A DNA stretch of 34,356 nt from positions 13,156-47,511 of the forward strand of contig JAYEGR010000028.1 of the NCBI GenBank assembly GCA_034659175.1, given 5' to 3'. Numbering within the stretch: the first letter of the stretch is position 1; every line of letters begins with the position of its first letter. This stretch comes from Thermodesulfobacteriota bacterium. Its GTDB lineage: Bacteria > Desulfobacterota > Desulfobulbia > Desulfobulbales > DAOVYS01. Shown here piece after piece: positions 1-10,132 of the stretch. Under the pieces are notes generated by a model. It worked only from the letters and a program-made list of their open reading frames with translations, did no database searches and was not told the DNA's origin. Both the position numbers and the translations under genes were made by a program.

Positions 1-1307
1 CGTCGTCCCTTTATCCTGCCACCCTTAAGGAACCCGTCATAGTTTCGCATCACCATGTGTGACTCTATTTGCGCAATAGTATCAATGGCAACGCCGACCA
101 CGATCAAAAGAGCAGTCCCCCCGAAATAAAAGGGCACATTGAGTTCACTGATAAGAATTGTGGGCAGTACGCAGACGATACTGACGTATGCTGCGCCGAT
201 AACGGTCAAACGCACCGTTACCTTGTCGATGAATGCCGCTGTTTTTTTCCCAGGCCGTATTCCGGGAATAAATCCACCGTTCTTTTTTAAATTTTCCGCA
301 ACATCAATGGGATTAAACGTTACCGCGGTATAAAAAAAGCAAAAGAAAACTATCATGCCGACATAAAATACCGTATGGAGCAGACTGCCCCACTGAAGGG
401 TTGCTGCGGCCCGCTGGACCCAGTCAATCTGGATCATTCCACCGACAGTTGCAGGAAACATCATGATAGATGAAGCAAAAATCGGAGGGATAACCCCGGA
501 CATGTTGATTTTTAACGGCAGATGGGTCCTCTGGCCGCCGTACATGCGTCTGCCGACCACCCGTTTTGCATATTGGATCGGAATACGGCGCTGGGCGGTC
601 TCAAAAAATATAATGATTCCGACCACTCCCGCCATCATAACAATCAGGATCGGGATAAAAATCATAGTAAGTTCGCCCGCCTTGACCAGGCTGATTGTAT
701 TTCCGATCGCAGCAGGCATCCTCGCTACAATGCCTGCAAAAATGATCATGGATATCCCGTTTCCAATCCCCCTTTCAGTCATCTGCTCACCCAGCCACAT
801 AATGAATGCCGTGCCGGTTGTCAGGGTCAATATGGTTAGTAATCGAAAACTCCAGCCAGGGTCGATTACGATCATCTGATTACCGACCGGGGCTGCCATA
901 CTTTCAAGGCCTACGCTTATCATGAGCCCCTGGATTATACTCAGGCCCACAGTAGCATAGCGGGTATATTGTGTTATCTTTCTGCGCCCCTGCTCGCCTT
1001 CCTTTTTAAGAGCCTCAAGGTGAGGAATAACGACCGTCAGGAGTTGGAAGATAATGGATGCGCTGATATAGGGCATAATGCCCAGCGAAAAAATCGAGAA
1101 CTTTTCAAGCGCCCCGCCGGAAAACATGTTGAACATGCCGAACAGGGTATTTATGTTTTTAGCAAAAAATTCAGCCAGGGCATCGGTATTGATCCCTGGT
1201 GTCGGGATCTGGACACCGATTCTGTATACAGCCAGCATCAACAAGGTAAAAATTACCCTGCGTTTTAATTCCGGAATATTAGCAGCGTTCTGAAGTCCGC
1301 TTTGCAT
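1..1307 (-). CDS. secY: Preprotein translocase subunit SecY (stop codon just outside window)
   Basis: Not in the ORF track. Manual translation from ATG at 1307 gives MQSGLQNAANIPELKRRV..., internal IFSLGIMPYISASII and GVIPPIFASS motifs, and ends ...MRNYDGFLKGGRIKGR at the edge. Follows rplO. Confidence 0.97.
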   Translation of the reverse strand, partial: MQSGLQNAANIPELKRRVIFTLLMLAVYRIGVQIPTPGINTDALAEFFAKNINTLFGMFNMFSGGALEKFSIFSLGIMPYISASIIFQLLTVVIPHLEALKKEGEQGRRKITQYTRYATVGLSIIQGLMISVGLESMAAPVGNQMIVIDPGWSFRLLTILTLTTGTAFIMWLGEQMTERGIGNGISMIIFAGIVARMPAAIGNTISLVKAGELTMIFIPILIVMMAGVVGIIIFFETAQRRIPIQYAKRVVGRRMYGGQRTHLPLKINMSGVIPPIFASSIMMFPATVGGMIQIDWVQRAAATLQWGSLLHTVFYVGMIVFFCFFYTAVTFNPIDVAENLKKNGGFIPGIRPGKKTAAFIDKVTVRLTVIGAAYVSIVCVLPTILISELNVPFYFGGTALLIVVGVAIDTIAQIESHMVMRNYDGFLKGGRIKGR

Positions 1308-1310
1308 TAA

Positions 1311-1751
1311 CTATTCCTCAACAGTCCCGCCGGCGGCCTCGATCTTTTGCCGCGCGGCACTGCTCATTTTGTTGACTTCGACAGTCAGAGCCTTTGTGAT
1401 TTCACCATTGCCAAGCACTTTAACGAGATCATATTTCCCGGCAACCAGACCGGCCTTTACAAGGGCGTCCCGGTCAACCTTGGCACCTGCCTCAAACCTG
1501 TCCAGGTCCTTAATGTTAACAATAGCGTACAATTTTTTAAAAATATTGGTAAAGCCCCGTTTCGGAAGCCGTCTCTGCAGGGGCATCTGACCACCCTCAA
1601 AACCGGGCCTCACTCCACCGCCCGACCTTGAATTGTAGCCATTGTGACCACGGGTACATGTTTTACCGCGACCGGAACCAGGCCCACGCCCTACTCTCTT
1701 TGGGGGTTTCCTTGATCCGGGATGCGGCGATAAATTGTTCAACGTCAACAT
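1311..1751 (-). CDS. rplO: 50S ribosomal protein L15
   Basis: RVGRGPGSGRGKT and GFEGGQMPLQRRLPKRGF motifs; spc operon position. Confidence 0.98.
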   Translation of the reverse strand: MLTLNNLSPHPGSRKPPKRVGRGPGSGRGKTCTRGHNGYNSRSGGGVRPGFEGGQMPLQRRLPKRGFTNIFKKLYAIVNIKDLDRFEAGAKVDRDALVKAGLVAGKYDLVKVLGNGEITKALTVEVNKMSSAARQKIEAAGGTVEE

Positions 1752-1756
1752 AGCTG

Positions 1757-1936
1757 TTACTCCTCAACCTTTACCATATGCTGTACTTTATTAATCATCC
1801 CCCTGATTTCCGGGGTGTCTTTCCTGATAATAGTCTTGTTGGTCCTTGTAAGGCCCAGACCGGTCAGGGTTGCCCTGATCCGCTTAGTGCTGCCGATCCT
1901 GCTTTTAACCAGGGTAACCTTAAGCTTTTTTTCCAT
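1757..1936 (-). CDS. rpmD: 50S ribosomal protein L30
   Basis: Manual translation, 59 aa (absent from the ORF track): [59 protein letters not shown]; between rpsE and rplO. Confidence 0.96.
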   Translation of the reverse strand: MEKKLKVTLVKSRIGSTKRIRATLTGLGLTRTNKTIIRKDTPEIRGMINKVQHMVKVEE

Positions 1937-1982
1937 GACTTACCTGCAATAGGCCCCTCTATTCCAACTCGGACCGGAAAAC

Positions 1983-2066
1983 TGGGACTTTTAATAAGAC
2001 TTTGATATTATTTAACTAGTTCTTTTTGACAATTATTTTTACAGTTGCCTGATTATTAAAATCCCA
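1983..2066. repeat. Degenerate AT-rich inverted repeat, possible decayed MITE
   Basis: TGGGACTTTTAATAA (1983-1997) pairs with TTATTAAAATCCCA (2053-2066) with one bulge. Confidence 0.45.
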
Positions 2067-2116
2067 ATAAGATCCATTAATTTTGGTTCAAGGTCCCACG
2101 TTCAGGCAAACTATAT

Positions 2117-2204
2117 TGAATATCGAATGTCGAACAAGAAATATCGAATGATGAAGTACCGCACTTCGAAATTCTGCGGTTACTTGTTCGACATTCGATA
2201 TTCA
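2117..2204. repeat. Heptamer-periodic palindrome (CGAATRT-type units)
   Basis: Perfect 22-bp inverted repeat TGAATATCGAATGTCGAACAAG (2117-2138) / CTTGTTCGACATTCGATATTCA (2183-2204); left arm has 7-nt periodicity; inner GAAGT/ACTTC stem. Confidence 0.9.
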
Positions 2205-2251
2205 TCAAAGGCCTTCCACTTTCAGCTTGTCCACCTGCTGATCTGGTCATA

Positions 2252-2758
2252 CTATGCCATGATTTCCTCAACAGACTTGTTTCTCAACGCTGCAACCTGC
2301 TCTGCGGTACGGAGGTTTCTGAGGCCGTTCAAAGTCGCCTTCACCAGATTATGAGGGTTGTGAGAGCCAAGACATTTGGTCAGAATATTCTGAATTCCTA
2401 CGGCCTCCAGAACGGCCCGAACAGCGCCGCCGGCAATCACGCCCGTACCGGCTGAAGCTGGTTTCAGCATTACAAGTCCGGCACCGTATTTCCCCTTGAT
2501 TTCATGAGGAATGCTGATCTCTGTAATAGAAACGTATTTCATATCGCGCCGAGCCTTTTCAATGCCCTTCCGGATAGCCTCAGGCACCTGATTTGCTTTT
2601 CCAAGACCGTAACCGACTTTGCCATTGCCGTCACCCACCACGGCAATTGCACTAAAGCTGAAGCGGCGGCCGCCTTTTACAACTTTTGCAACTCTGTTGA
2701 TAAAGACAATTTTTTCTATGAGCTGTTCATCAGCCTTGCCACTTTTAAAATCAGACAA
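2252..2758 (-). CDS. rpsE: 30S ribosomal protein S5
   Basis: [16 protein letters not shown] motif; TTG start at 2758 chosen because GGAGG lies 5 nt upstream (ORF track starts at 2770). Confidence 0.97.
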   Translation of the reverse strand: MSDFKSGKADEQLIEKIVFINRVAKVVKGGRRFSFSAIAVVGDGNGKVGYGLGKANQVPEAIRKGIEKARRDMKYVSITEISIPHEIKGKYGAGLVMLKPASAGTGVIAGGAVRAVLEAVGIQNILTKCLGSHNPHNLVKATLNGLRNLRTAEQVAALRNKSVEEIMA

Positions 2759-2858
2759 TGTTGCCTCCAAAAAATTGTGTTATTTTACTACCGTTAACAA
2801 CGGCCATGTGTAATCATCAGATGCCGGTCGTTCTGAATTGTGTGCTTCTAATAAGGTA

Positions 2859-3224
2859 CTAAAAAACAAGTCCGCCTTTTCGCGCTCCTTCAGAAAACGC
2901 CTTGACACGACCATGATAAATATAACCGCCACGGTCGAAAATCACCTCTGAAATACCCTTGGACTTAGCCAGCTCTGCCAAAAGCATACCCACCTTATGG
3001 GCCTTTCCGGTCTTTCTCTCTTCGCCGGAATTTATCATCGCCTGGTTCAGGGTTGACATTGCAACCAGAGTATTACCTGCCACATCATCGATAATCTGCC
3101 CGTAAATATGCCTGGAACTCTTGAATATACGCAGACGCGGTCTTTCCGGTGTTCCTGAAATTTTTTTTCTAATCCGCTTGACACGTTTTGACCGAGCGAT
3201 TGTTTTAGGATTTGTTTTAGCCAT
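2859..3224 (-). CDS. rplR: 50S ribosomal protein L18
   Basis: GTPERPRL and [14 protein letters not shown] motifs. Confidence 0.98.
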   Translation of the reverse strand: MAKTNPKTIARSKRVKRIRKKISGTPERPRLRIFKSSRHIYGQIIDDVAGNTLVAMSTLNQAMINSGEERKTGKAHKVGMLLAELAKSKGISEVIFDRGGYIYHGRVKAFSEGARKGGLVF

Positions 3225-3242
3225 TCTCGTTGCCTGATTTAT

Positions 3243-3290
3243 ATTTATTGGTGGTTCTAGCTATTTTACGGCATCAAGCCGAATATTTAC
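3243..3290 (+). repeat. Solo 48-bp tail of the GTAA-ended MITE family G
   Basis: TGGTGGTTCTAGCTATTTTACGGCATCAAGCCGAATATTTAC matches 15980-16023 and the reverse complement of about 11097-11130. Confidence 0.85.
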
Positions 3291-3301
3291 ATTAAAAGTT
3301 A

Positions 3302-3438
3302 GGGGTTGGTTTTATTCTCGGCCACTTAGAGTTGCGTGTTGAGTAGTGAGTGATGAAGAAAACCGGATTGTATCTTTATTCTCAATAATCAACACTCATA
3401 TCTCATATCCTGAGATGTCCGAAATTAAAACCAACCCC
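3302..3438. mobile_element. Putative 137-bp MITE with GGGG termini
   Basis: 20-bp terminal inverted repeat GGGGTTGGTTTTATTCTCGG / CCGAAATTAAAACCAACCCC with 2 mismatches; AAAGTT occurs 1 nt outside each end (3295-3300, 3440-3445); single copy in window. Confidence 0.65.
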
Positions 3439-3452
3439 GAAAGTTCACATCA

Positions 3453-3995
3453 TTATGCTGTTTTGCCTGCTGCCTTGCCGACCTTTCTCACAATGTATTC
3501 ATTTTCATACCGAATTCCCTTTCCCTTATACGGTTCAGGCTTTCTAACGGCACGAATCCGGGCAGCAGTGAGACCAAGGAGTTCTTTATCTATAGATTCA
3601 AGCTTTATGCCGGATTTATCGACATCGGCCGTGACCTTCTCAGGGAGGTGAAATGCAACAGGGTTTGAATATCCAACGTTTAAGGTGAGAACATTGCCGG
3701 AAACTTCGACCTTGTAGCCAACGCCTTCTATTATCAATTTTTTTTTAAAACCCTTATTAACACCCTGAATCATATTATTAATAAGAGACCGGGTAAGACC
3801 GCTGAATGCGTCTGTTCTTTTGGAATTATCCCTGCATTTAACCAGGAGAGTCCCTTCTGACGACACCAGTTCAATCTCCGGCCTGATATCTCTCTCCAAG
3901 GCACCTTTAGGACCCTTTACTTTTACATGTGTTCCGTTGAAATCTACTGTAACGCCTTCTGGAATCACCAAAGGATTTTTGCCGATCCTGGACAT
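3453..3995 (-). CDS. rplF: 50S ribosomal protein L6
   Basis: MSRIGK N-terminus; RKPEPYKGKGIRY motif. Confidence 0.98.
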   Translation of the reverse strand: MSRIGKNPLVIPEGVTVDFNGTHVKVKGPKGALERDIRPEIELVSSEGTLLVKCRDNSKRTDAFSGLTRSLINNMIQGVNKGFKKKLIIEGVGYKVEVSGNVLTLNVGYSNPVAFHLPEKVTADVDKSGIKLESIDKELLGLTAARIRAVRKPEPYKGKGIRYENEYIVRKVGKAAGKTA

Positions 3996-4042
3996 AACTT
4001 TTCTCCACTAGTAATCAATGACATTTGATTTTTCAATGTCGT

Positions 4043-4100
4043 AGGTTCCGGGTTTAAGGTTTATTTGATCGAAATTTTTCCCAATTTAACCCTGAACCCT
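4043..4100 (+). repeat. GGTTCAG/CTGAACC heptamer palindrome (family C)
   Basis: AGGTTCCGGGTTTAAGGTT...ATCGAAATTTTTCCCAATT...AACCCTGAACCCT; similar to 17167-17223 and 21544-21630. Confidence 0.8.
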
Positions 4101-4498
4101 TACCATACCTCGCAGATCAACTCGCCGCCGATCCCCATGGACCTCGCCTGTTTATCCGTAATGATGCCTTTTGAACTCGAAATAATACCTACACCGAGCC
4201 CACTCATCACCTTGGGTATCTTGTCAGACTTCACATAGACGCGCCTTCCAGGCTTACTGACCCTCCGAAGGCCTGTGATCGCCTTCCTGCTATGCTGATC
4301 ATATTTCAGGTCGATCTTTAAAATACCCTGCACTTTAGCGCTCTTGATCTGGAAATCAGTGACATAGCCTTCACTCTTTAGAAGCCGAACCACTCCAACC
4401 TTCATCTTGGACACCGGCATTTCCAAACTCGTAAACTTTGCCATGCCGGCGTTTCTTATCCTGGTCAGCATGTCCGCTATCGGATCGGTCATTGACAT
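4100..4498 (-). CDS. rpsH: 30S ribosomal protein S8
   Basis: MTDPIADMLTRIRNA and SKPGRRVY motifs. Confidence 0.98.
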   Translation of the reverse strand: MSMTDPIADMLTRIRNAGMAKFTSLEMPVSKMKVGVVRLLKSEGYVTDFQIKSAKVQGILKIDLKYDQHSRKAITGLRRVSKPGRRVYVKSDKIPKVMSGLGVGIISSSKGIITDKQARSMGIGGELICEVW

Positions 4499-4635
4499 GG
4501 GGCCAACTCCTCAAATTCAAATTTGTAATTGTTGCTTACAATATTTTATATACTATGGCAAATCTCGAGCTTGAAACTTCCGGCCCGATCAGTCAATTTT
4601 TCTACGCTTAAACAGCTTAACAGACCTTAATACAA

Positions 4636-4821
4636 TTACCAGCTCGACTTGATCACACCGGTAATTTCGCCGCGTGACGCCAGGGTCCTGAAACAAATCC
4701 GACAAATGCCGAATTTTTTCATATAGGCTCTCGGTCTGCCGCAAAGCGGACATCTATTGTAAGCCCGAACAGCGAATTTAGGCTTACGCTTACTCTTTGC
4801 TATCAGTGATTTCTTAGCCAA
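4636..4821 (-). CDS. rpsN: 30S ribosomal protein S14, short zinc-binding type Z
   Basis: 61 aa with CPLC...CRIC zinc motif; TTG start. Confidence 0.97.
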   Translation of the reverse strand: MAKKSLIAKSKRKPKFAVRAYNRCPLCGRPRAYMKKFGICRICFRTLASRGEITGVIKSSW

Positions 4822-4835
4822 GCTCTTTCTCCCTC

Positions 4836-5375
4836 TTATTTCTTGAAAGGCATTCCAAGTACCTTCAGCAATGCCCGTCCAGCTTGATCATTTTGGGCGG
4901 ATGTGCCGATGACTATGTTGAGCCCTTTGATCTTGTCGATTTTATCATAATCAATTTCGGGAAAGATAATCTGTTCTTTGATTCCAAGGGCATAATTACC
5001 ACGGCCGTCAAAACTTTTTGGGGAGACTCCCCTGAAATCGCGCACCCTCGGTAAAGCGATGTGAACGAGCTTACTGAAAAAGTCGTACATACGCTCACCA
5101 CGCAGGGTGACACTGCAACCGATCGGCATGCCCTGGCGAAGTTTGAAACCGGCTATTGATTTCTTTGCCCTTCTTGTCACCGCTTTCTGACCCGCGATAT
5201 ATGAAAGTTCACGGGATGCGCTGTCAATGATTTTCGGATTCTGTACAGCCTCGCCCAGACCCATATTAAGTACTATCTTTGTGAGCTTAGGCACCTGCAT
5301 AATATTTTTATAGTTCAACTCATTCATGAGTTGGGGAACACATTCTTTTTTGTAAAATTCCTTTAACCCAGCCAT
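4836..5375 (-). CDS. rplE: 50S ribosomal protein L5
   Basis: [10 protein letters not shown] and FDGRGNY motifs. Confidence 0.98.
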   Translation of the reverse strand: MAGLKEFYKKECVPQLMNELNYKNIMQVPKLTKIVLNMGLGEAVQNPKIIDSASRELSYIAGQKAVTRRAKKSIAGFKLRQGMPIGCSVTLRGERMYDFFSKLVHIALPRVRDFRGVSPKSFDGRGNYALGIKEQIIFPEIDYDKIDKIKGLNIVIGTSAQNDQAGRALLKVLGMPFKK

Positions 5376-5414
5376 TATTCCCTCCGGAACACCCCTGTGA
5401 TCTGTTACCTCTGA

Positions 5415-5750
5415 TTATGCCTTGGATTCTATTACTTCACCACACTTTTTACAAACACGAACCTTAGACCCGTCTTCCAGAATTTTCATACCGGCGCGTA
5501 CCGTTTTAGTGCATTTCAGACAGATCAACATGAGGTTCGAGACATGTATCGGAGCTTCCTTTTCAATAATGGCGCTTTGCTGGTTCTTAGTGTCCTGTTT
5601 CTGGTGTTTCTTGATCATATTGATTTTCTCAACCAGAGCCTTGTCTGTTTTTTTGAAAATCTTGATGATCTTGCCGACACGTCCCTTATCTTTGCCGGCA
5701 ATTACCTCTACCTGATCGTCAATTCTTAAAATATTCACACCCTTGCTCAT
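5415..5750 (-). CDS. rplX: 50S ribosomal protein L24
   Basis: KOW motif VIAGKDKG and EAPIHVSN. Confidence 0.98.
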   Translation of the reverse strand: MSKGVNILRIDDQVEVIAGKDKGRVGKIIKIFKKTDKALVEKINMIKKHQKQDTKNQQSAIIEKEAPIHVSNLMLICLKCTKTVRAGMKILEDGSKVRVCKKCGEVIESKA

Positions 5751-5772
5751 TTATGTGCCTCTTTGCAGTGAA

Positions 5773-5830
5773 AGGTTCAGGTTCCCGAATTAATCGCTAA
5801 GCTATTTTAAGTCTCTGAACCTCTGAACCT
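5773..5830 (+). repeat. GGTTCAG/CTGAACC palindrome (family C variant)
   Basis: AGGTTCAGGTTC...CTCTGAACCTCTGAACCT. Confidence 0.7.
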
Positions 5831-5836
5831 GTTTAT

Positions 5837-6205
5837 TCAAACAACCTCCGGCGCCAACGAAATAATCTTCATAAAACCCTTGGCCCTTAATTCCCTTGCA
5901 ACCGGGCCGAAAATCCGGGTGCCGATGGGTTCACTGCTATTGCTCAACAGTACCGCAGAATTGTCATCAAACCTGACAAAAGAGTCGTCCATGCGGCGAA
6001 TCTCCTTAACGGTACGGACAATTACGGCTTTCATGACCTCACCTTTTTTTACCTTGGAATTCGGTATGGCTTCTTTGATCGTGACAACTATTATATCGCC
6101 GACCCTGGCATAACGACGACGCGTTCCGCCCAGTACCCGAATGCACAGCACTTTCTTGGCGCCGGAGTTATCCGCAATATTCAGCATGGTTTCGGTTTGT
6201 ATCAT
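5837..6205 (-). CDS. rplN: 50S ribosomal protein L14
   Basis: [17 protein letters not shown]... and [13 protein letters not shown]; canonical ATG start at 6205. Confidence 0.98.
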   Translation of the reverse strand: MIQTETMLNIADNSGAKKVLCIRVLGGTRRRYARVGDIIVVTIKEAIPNSKVKKGEVMKAVIVRTVKEIRRMDDSFVRFDDNSAVLLSNSSEPIGTRIFGPVARELRAKGFMKIISLAPEVV

Positions 6206-6348
6206 AATCTTCACCAACTGCAGTGCAGTTATATTTAATGCATACGTAATGCTTTACATCCCAAAGCATCAGCACACATATAACTTTAAAAATTCTCTAA
6301 TCAGAACCAGTTTGAAAAAAAGGTTTAAGGTTACTTATACAAAAAAAT

Positions 6349-6600
6349 CTACACGGCTTTTTCTACGATGTCTCTTACCCGCCAACGTTTGCGCTTGCTC
6401 AATGGACGGCATTCTTCAATAAGCACGCTGTCGCCGATGCTGCAGCGCTCTTGCGGATCATCAACCATATACTTGATGTGACGTCTTATATATTTCCCGT
6501 AAAGTTTGTGGCGAATAATACGTTCGCATTGAACAACCAGACTCTTGTCCATCTTGTTGCTCAACACAACACCAACCATTATTTTTTTTCCAGTACTCAT
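6349..6600 (-). CDS. rpsQ: 30S ribosomal protein S17
   Basis: [10 protein letters not shown] and [11 protein letters not shown] motifs. Confidence 0.98.
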   Translation of the reverse strand: MSTGKKIMVGVVLSNKMDKSLVVQCERIIRHKLYGKYIRRHIKYMVDDPQERCSIGDSVLIEECRPLSKRKRWRVRDIVEKAV

Positions 6601-6635
6601 TCGGACACCATATTTTTATCACCCATATCTTAATT

Positions 6636-6848
6636 CTACTCTTGATTACCGACCTCAAAAGTCAAGCGCTTCTGATTAATTATAGTCTTTACTCTTGCTA
6701 TGTCTTTACGGAGCTGACCAAGTTTCGCCGTATTTTCAAGCTGGCGGATGCCGTGCTGAAATTTAAGCTTAAAGCGGTCTTCAGCCAAATCACGCTCTTT
6801 TTTTGTCAGTTCCTCATCAGACAGATCACGAAGTATTTTAGCTTTCAT
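6636..6848 (-). CDS. rpmC: 50S ribosomal protein L29
   Basis: [10 protein letters not shown] motif; overlaps the rplP stop. Confidence 0.97.
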   Translation of the reverse strand: MKAKILRDLSDEELTKKERDLAEDRFKLKFQHGIRQLENTAKLGQLRKDIARVKTIINQKRLTFEVGNQE

Positions 6849-7261
6849 AAGGAGGTGCTCCTGGTAATCACCTTTGTGGCGAAAGGCAGTTTGTTACCCG
6901 CCAGCGTCAGGGCCTTAATGGCAACATTTTCTTCTACTCCCAGCAGTTCATACAGAATCCTGCCGGGTTTGACCGGAGCAACCCAATATTCCGGACTGCC
7001 TTTGCCTTTACCCATACGAGTTTCGGCAGGCTTTTTAGTAATAGGCTTATCCGGGAATACGCGGATCCACATCCTTCCTCGACGCTTGATGGTCCTGTTA
7101 ATGGTTATACGGGCAGCCTCAATCTGCTGGGCTGTCATTTTACCACGCCCTATCGCCTTTAATGCATAATCGCCAAATGAGATCGACGCGCCGCGATTAG
7201 CCTTTCCTCGAAGACGTCCCTTCATCTGTTTTCTGTGTTTTATCTTCTTTGGACTGAGCAT
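6845..7261 (-). CDS. rplP: 50S ribosomal protein L16
   Basis: [12 protein letters not shown] motif. Confidence 0.98.
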   Translation of the reverse strand: MLSPKKIKHRKQMKGRLRGKANRGASISFGDYALKAIGRGKMTAQQIEAARITINRTIKRRGRMWIRVFPDKPITKKPAETRMGKGKGSPEYWVAPVKPGRILYELLGVEENVAIKALTLAGNKLPFATKVITRSTSL

Positions 7262-7286
7262 GTATTACCTCATCTTCATGAGAGGA

Positions 7287-7931
7287 TTATATTACCTGGT
7301 CGGCATCAGAGAGTACTTCACCTTTGAATATCCAAACCTTGACTCCAATGATGCCGTAGGTGGTCTTTGCTTCGGCTACACCATAATCCACGTCCGCCCT
7401 GAGCGTGTGCAGAGGAACTCTTCCTTCCCGGAACCACTCCCGTCTGGCCATCTCAGCGCCACCCAGCCGACCGGAACAAGCGATCTTAATACCTTTTGCT
7501 CCGAACTTCAAGGCAACATTTACGGCCTTTTTCATGGCCCTCCGAAAAGCGATTCTCTTTTCCATCTGAAGAGCTACATTTTCTGCAACCAACTGAGCAT
7601 CAGCCTCGGGTCTTCGAACTTCCTGAATGTCAACTACGCAATCACGTCCCGTGAGTTTATCTAGTTCTTTTTTTAAATTTTCAATTTCAGACCCTTTCTT
7701 GCCGATCACTATTCCAGGACGTGCGACGTGGAGCTTAATGCGAACCTTCTCACCGGTCCGGGCTATTTTCATCTTTGAAATGCCCGCATGATATAACCGT
7801 TTTTTAAGAAATTTCCGGATCTTCTGATCTTCGATAAGATATTTGGAATAGTCCTTGTCTGCATACCATGTTGACTCCCACGTCCTGACAATGTTTAATC
7901 GCAGACTAATCGGATTGACTTTCTGACCCAA
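7287..7931 (-). CDS. rpsC: 30S ribosomal protein S3
   Basis: [17 protein letters not shown] and [10 protein letters not shown] motifs. Confidence 0.98.
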   Translation of the reverse strand: MGQKVNPISLRLNIVRTWESTWYADKDYSKYLIEDQKIRKFLKKRLYHAGISKMKIARTGEKVRIKLHVARPGIVIGKKGSEIENLKKELDKLTGRDCVVDIQEVRRPEADAQLVAENVALQMEKRIAFRRAMKKAVNVALKFGAKGIKIACSGRLGGAEMARREWFREGRVPLHTLRADVDYGVAEAKTTYGIIGVKVWIFKGEVLSDADQVI

Positions 7932-8023
7932 AATTTTTCTCCTTCAAGAAATGAATTTAATTAACATCCTTCATTGCAAAAGAGGTTGAAAACACTCTGC
8001 ACGCCGGTGAACGTTTACAGTTT

Positions 8024-8356
8024 TTATGCTTCTTCCAGCAGGACCGTTATGTGACTCGTCCGTTTTAATATCTTTGTGGCCCTGCCCATTGCGCGGGGAC
8101 GAATCCTCTTAAGCATCGGTCCCCCGTCAACGAAAATACGCTTCACATACAATGTATCCACATCAATTGCATCATTCTGAGCGGCATTGGCAATGGCCGA
8201 CTCAATCACCTTTCGAATGATTCGCGCACCTTTTTTAGGCATGAACCGCAATGTATTTATAGCTGATTCCACTTCCCGTCCCCTTACAAGATCAGCAATC
8301 AGCCTGGCCTTCTGAGGTGAGATTCGTATATATTTGGCTACAGCCTTTGCTTCCAT
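8024..8356 (-). CDS. rplV: 50S ribosomal protein L22
   Basis: RISPQKARL and RPRAMGRA motifs. Confidence 0.98.
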   Translation of the reverse strand: MEAKAVAKYIRISPQKARLIADLVRGREVESAINTLRFMPKKGARIIRKVIESAIANAAQNDAIDVDTLYVKRIFVDGGPMLKRIRPRAMGRATKILKRTSHITVLLEEA

Positions 8357-8468
8357 TGTTTCTGTAACTCCTTATCCGTAACGAGACTGTCTGAACAACT
8401 TATTTTAAGGCAGACATGACTACGGCAAACGGCTTTCAGACCAGCTTTATTGCTGCTACAAGCCGTTA

Positions 8469-8650
8469 GGGATGTGGAAACAAATAACTTACCCATCTTC
8501 CATCCCATCTTCAGGGCATCTTCGATCAAGTAACCACTTTTAAAATCCTCAACGTAGTCCGACTATGCCTGCGGTTTTAAAAGTGGTTACTTGATCGAAC
8601 CTAACCTAAATCTGAGCGCTATATGGGTAAGTTATTTATTTCCACATCCC
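8469..8650 (+). mobile_element. MITE family D, copy 1 (182 bp)
   Basis: 28-bp TIR GGGATGTGGAAAYAAATAACTTACCCAT with 1 mismatch; TTA on both flanks; internal perfect 25-bp hairpin; near-identical copy at 26223-26405. Confidence 0.92.
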
Positions 8651-8741
8651 TTAGCATTCAGGTTTCAGCCATTAATTCATGGTTATTTTTAATATAGATA
8701 GCTAACAGCAAAGCAGTAATAGCTGTTCAAGTGGATTACCC

Positions 8742-8866
8742 AACCCGGATAAACTGAAATTCTTTAAAGGTCCTGGACTATTTTCAGTACCCCCTTGAGG
8801 GGTATAAGTACCTTAGAAAATATTTTCTGCCAAAAAGCGCAGTATATATTTTCTAAGGTACTAAGT
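8742..8866 (+). repeat. Repeat family F, copy 1 (carries one 27-nt insertion)
   Basis: AACCCGGATAAACTG...TTTAAAGGTCCTGGA head plus AGTACCTTAG...CTAAGGTACT inverted repeat; homologous to 13487-13672 and to 30631-30764 reversed. Confidence 0.88.
8777..8803 (+). repeat. 27-nt micro-insertion, type 2
   Basis: ACTATTTTCAGTACCCCCTTGAGGGGT; absent at the homologous site of family F copy 3 (30727/30728). Confidence 0.85.
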
Positions 8867-8882
8867 AATCCGCTATGAACCC

Positions 8883-9158
8883 TTATTTCTTGCCTTTTTT
8901 GCCTCCGGCATGACTATAAAAAGTTCTGGTCGGTGAGTATTCTCCAAGTTTCTGGCCCACCATATTTTCCGTTACAAGAACCGGTATGAATTTTTTTCCG
9001 TTATGGACCGCAAAAGTCAGACCAACCATTTCCGGAATTATATGTGAACGTCTGGACCAGGTTTTAATGACCTTTCTTGATCCCGTTTCCTTGGAATGAC
9101 TGACTTTCTTAAGCAGATGGTCGTCAACGAACGGACCTTTTTTTACCGAACGCGGCAC
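8883..9158 (-). CDS. rpsS: 30S ribosomal protein S19
   Basis: [10 protein letters not shown] and IKTWSRRS motifs. Confidence 0.98.
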   Translation of the reverse strand: MPRSVKKGPFVDDHLLKKVSHSKETGSRKVIKTWSRRSHIIPEMVGLTFAVHNGKKFIPVLVTENMVGQKLGEYSPTRTFYSHAGGKKGKK

Positions 9159-9174
9159 TTTACTACCCCCCTAA

Positions 9175-9996
9175 TTACGACCTTTTCTTAACAATATATT
9201 TATCAGAAGTCTTTCTGCGTCTAGTTTTAAAGCCCTTGGCGGGAATACCCCACGGCGAACATGGATGACGTCCACCGGAACTTTTTCCCTCGCCCCCGCC
9301 CATGGGATGATCATGGGGATTCATAGCCACGCCTCGCACTTTGGGACGACGACCTTGCCAGCGACTCCGACCGGCCTTACCGGCCTTCTGACTCTCATAC
9401 TCAATATTGCCGACCTGTCCGATGCATGCCCTGCACTTTCTGTGGAATCTCCGGACCTCCCCGGAAGGCAGCTTTACAAGCACATAATCACCTTCTTTAG
9501 CCATGAGCTGAGCTGCGCCGCCCGCGCTTCTCACCATCTGGGCACCCTTGCCGATACGCATCTCGATATTGTGAATAATGCTGCCTAGCGGCATATTACC
9601 CATGGGCAGGCAGTTACCAGGTTTGATATCCACAGTATCACCAGCCTCAACCACATCTCCGACCTTGACACCCGCCGGCGAGATGATATAACGTTTTTCA
9701 CCGTCTTTATAAAAGAGAAGAGCAATATTAGCCGACCTGTTAGGATCATACTCAAGGGACGCAACTCTTGCCGGAATGTCTACCTTGTTTCTCTTAAAAT
9801 CAATTATCCGATATTTCCTTTTATGTCCTCCGCCAATATGTCTGGCAGTGATCCTTCCGTTGTTGTTCCGCCCGCCGGACTTTTTCAGCGGTCGCACAAG
9901 GCTCTTTTCAGGACCTTTCTTGGATAACTCAGGATTGACGATTGAAACGTAATTCCGTCTGCCTGGTGATGTCGGTTTATAGGTTTTAATTGCCAT
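9175..9996 (-). CDS. rplB: 50S ribosomal protein L2
   Basis: [12 protein letters not shown] and [17 protein letters not shown] motifs. Confidence 0.99.
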   Translation of the reverse strand: MAIKTYKPTSPGRRNYVSIVNPELSKKGPEKSLVRPLKKSGGRNNNGRITARHIGGGHKRKYRIIDFKRNKVDIPARVASLEYDPNRSANIALLFYKDGEKRYIISPAGVKVGDVVEAGDTVDIKPGNCLPMGNMPLGSIIHNIEMRIGKGAQMVRSAGGAAQLMAKEGDYVLVKLPSGEVRRFHRKCRACIGQVGNIEYESQKAGKAGRSRWQGRRPKVRGVAMNPHDHPMGGGEGKSSGGRHPCSPWGIPAKGFKTRRRKTSDKYIVKKRS

Positions 9997-10108
9997 TAAG
10001 AACCCCGATTTTTTTTTTGCAGTTCAAAAAATACCAATTAGTTAACTGCTTTCACTAAATTATGTATATCCGTTGACGCCTGTTTGTTGGACTAAAGGTT
10101 TGCGCAAT

Positions 10109-10131
10109 CTCCGTATGTAATCGTTCACAGG
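10109..10131 (-). repeat. Remnant of GTAA-ended MITE family H
   Basis: 23 nt identical, reverse-complemented, to 26143-26165 (CCTGTGAACGATTACATACGGAG); lies just after the rplW stop. Confidence 0.8.
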
Positions 10132-10132
10132 C

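Noticed and set aside
2077-2271. 64-aa minus-strand ORF in the rpsE-rpmD spacer
   Set aside because: It is a translation of the heptamer palindrome, overlaps rpsE and has no independent support.
8008-8018. Solo TGAACGTTTAC matching the family H outer end; weaker GTAA-like ends near 13572 and 28041
   Set aside because: Too short, with no partner end or duplication, to call an element, though possibly remnants.
8338-8529. 63-aa ORF upstream of rplV
   Set aside because: It starts inside MITE D, overlaps rplV out of frame and shows no transposase-like motifs.
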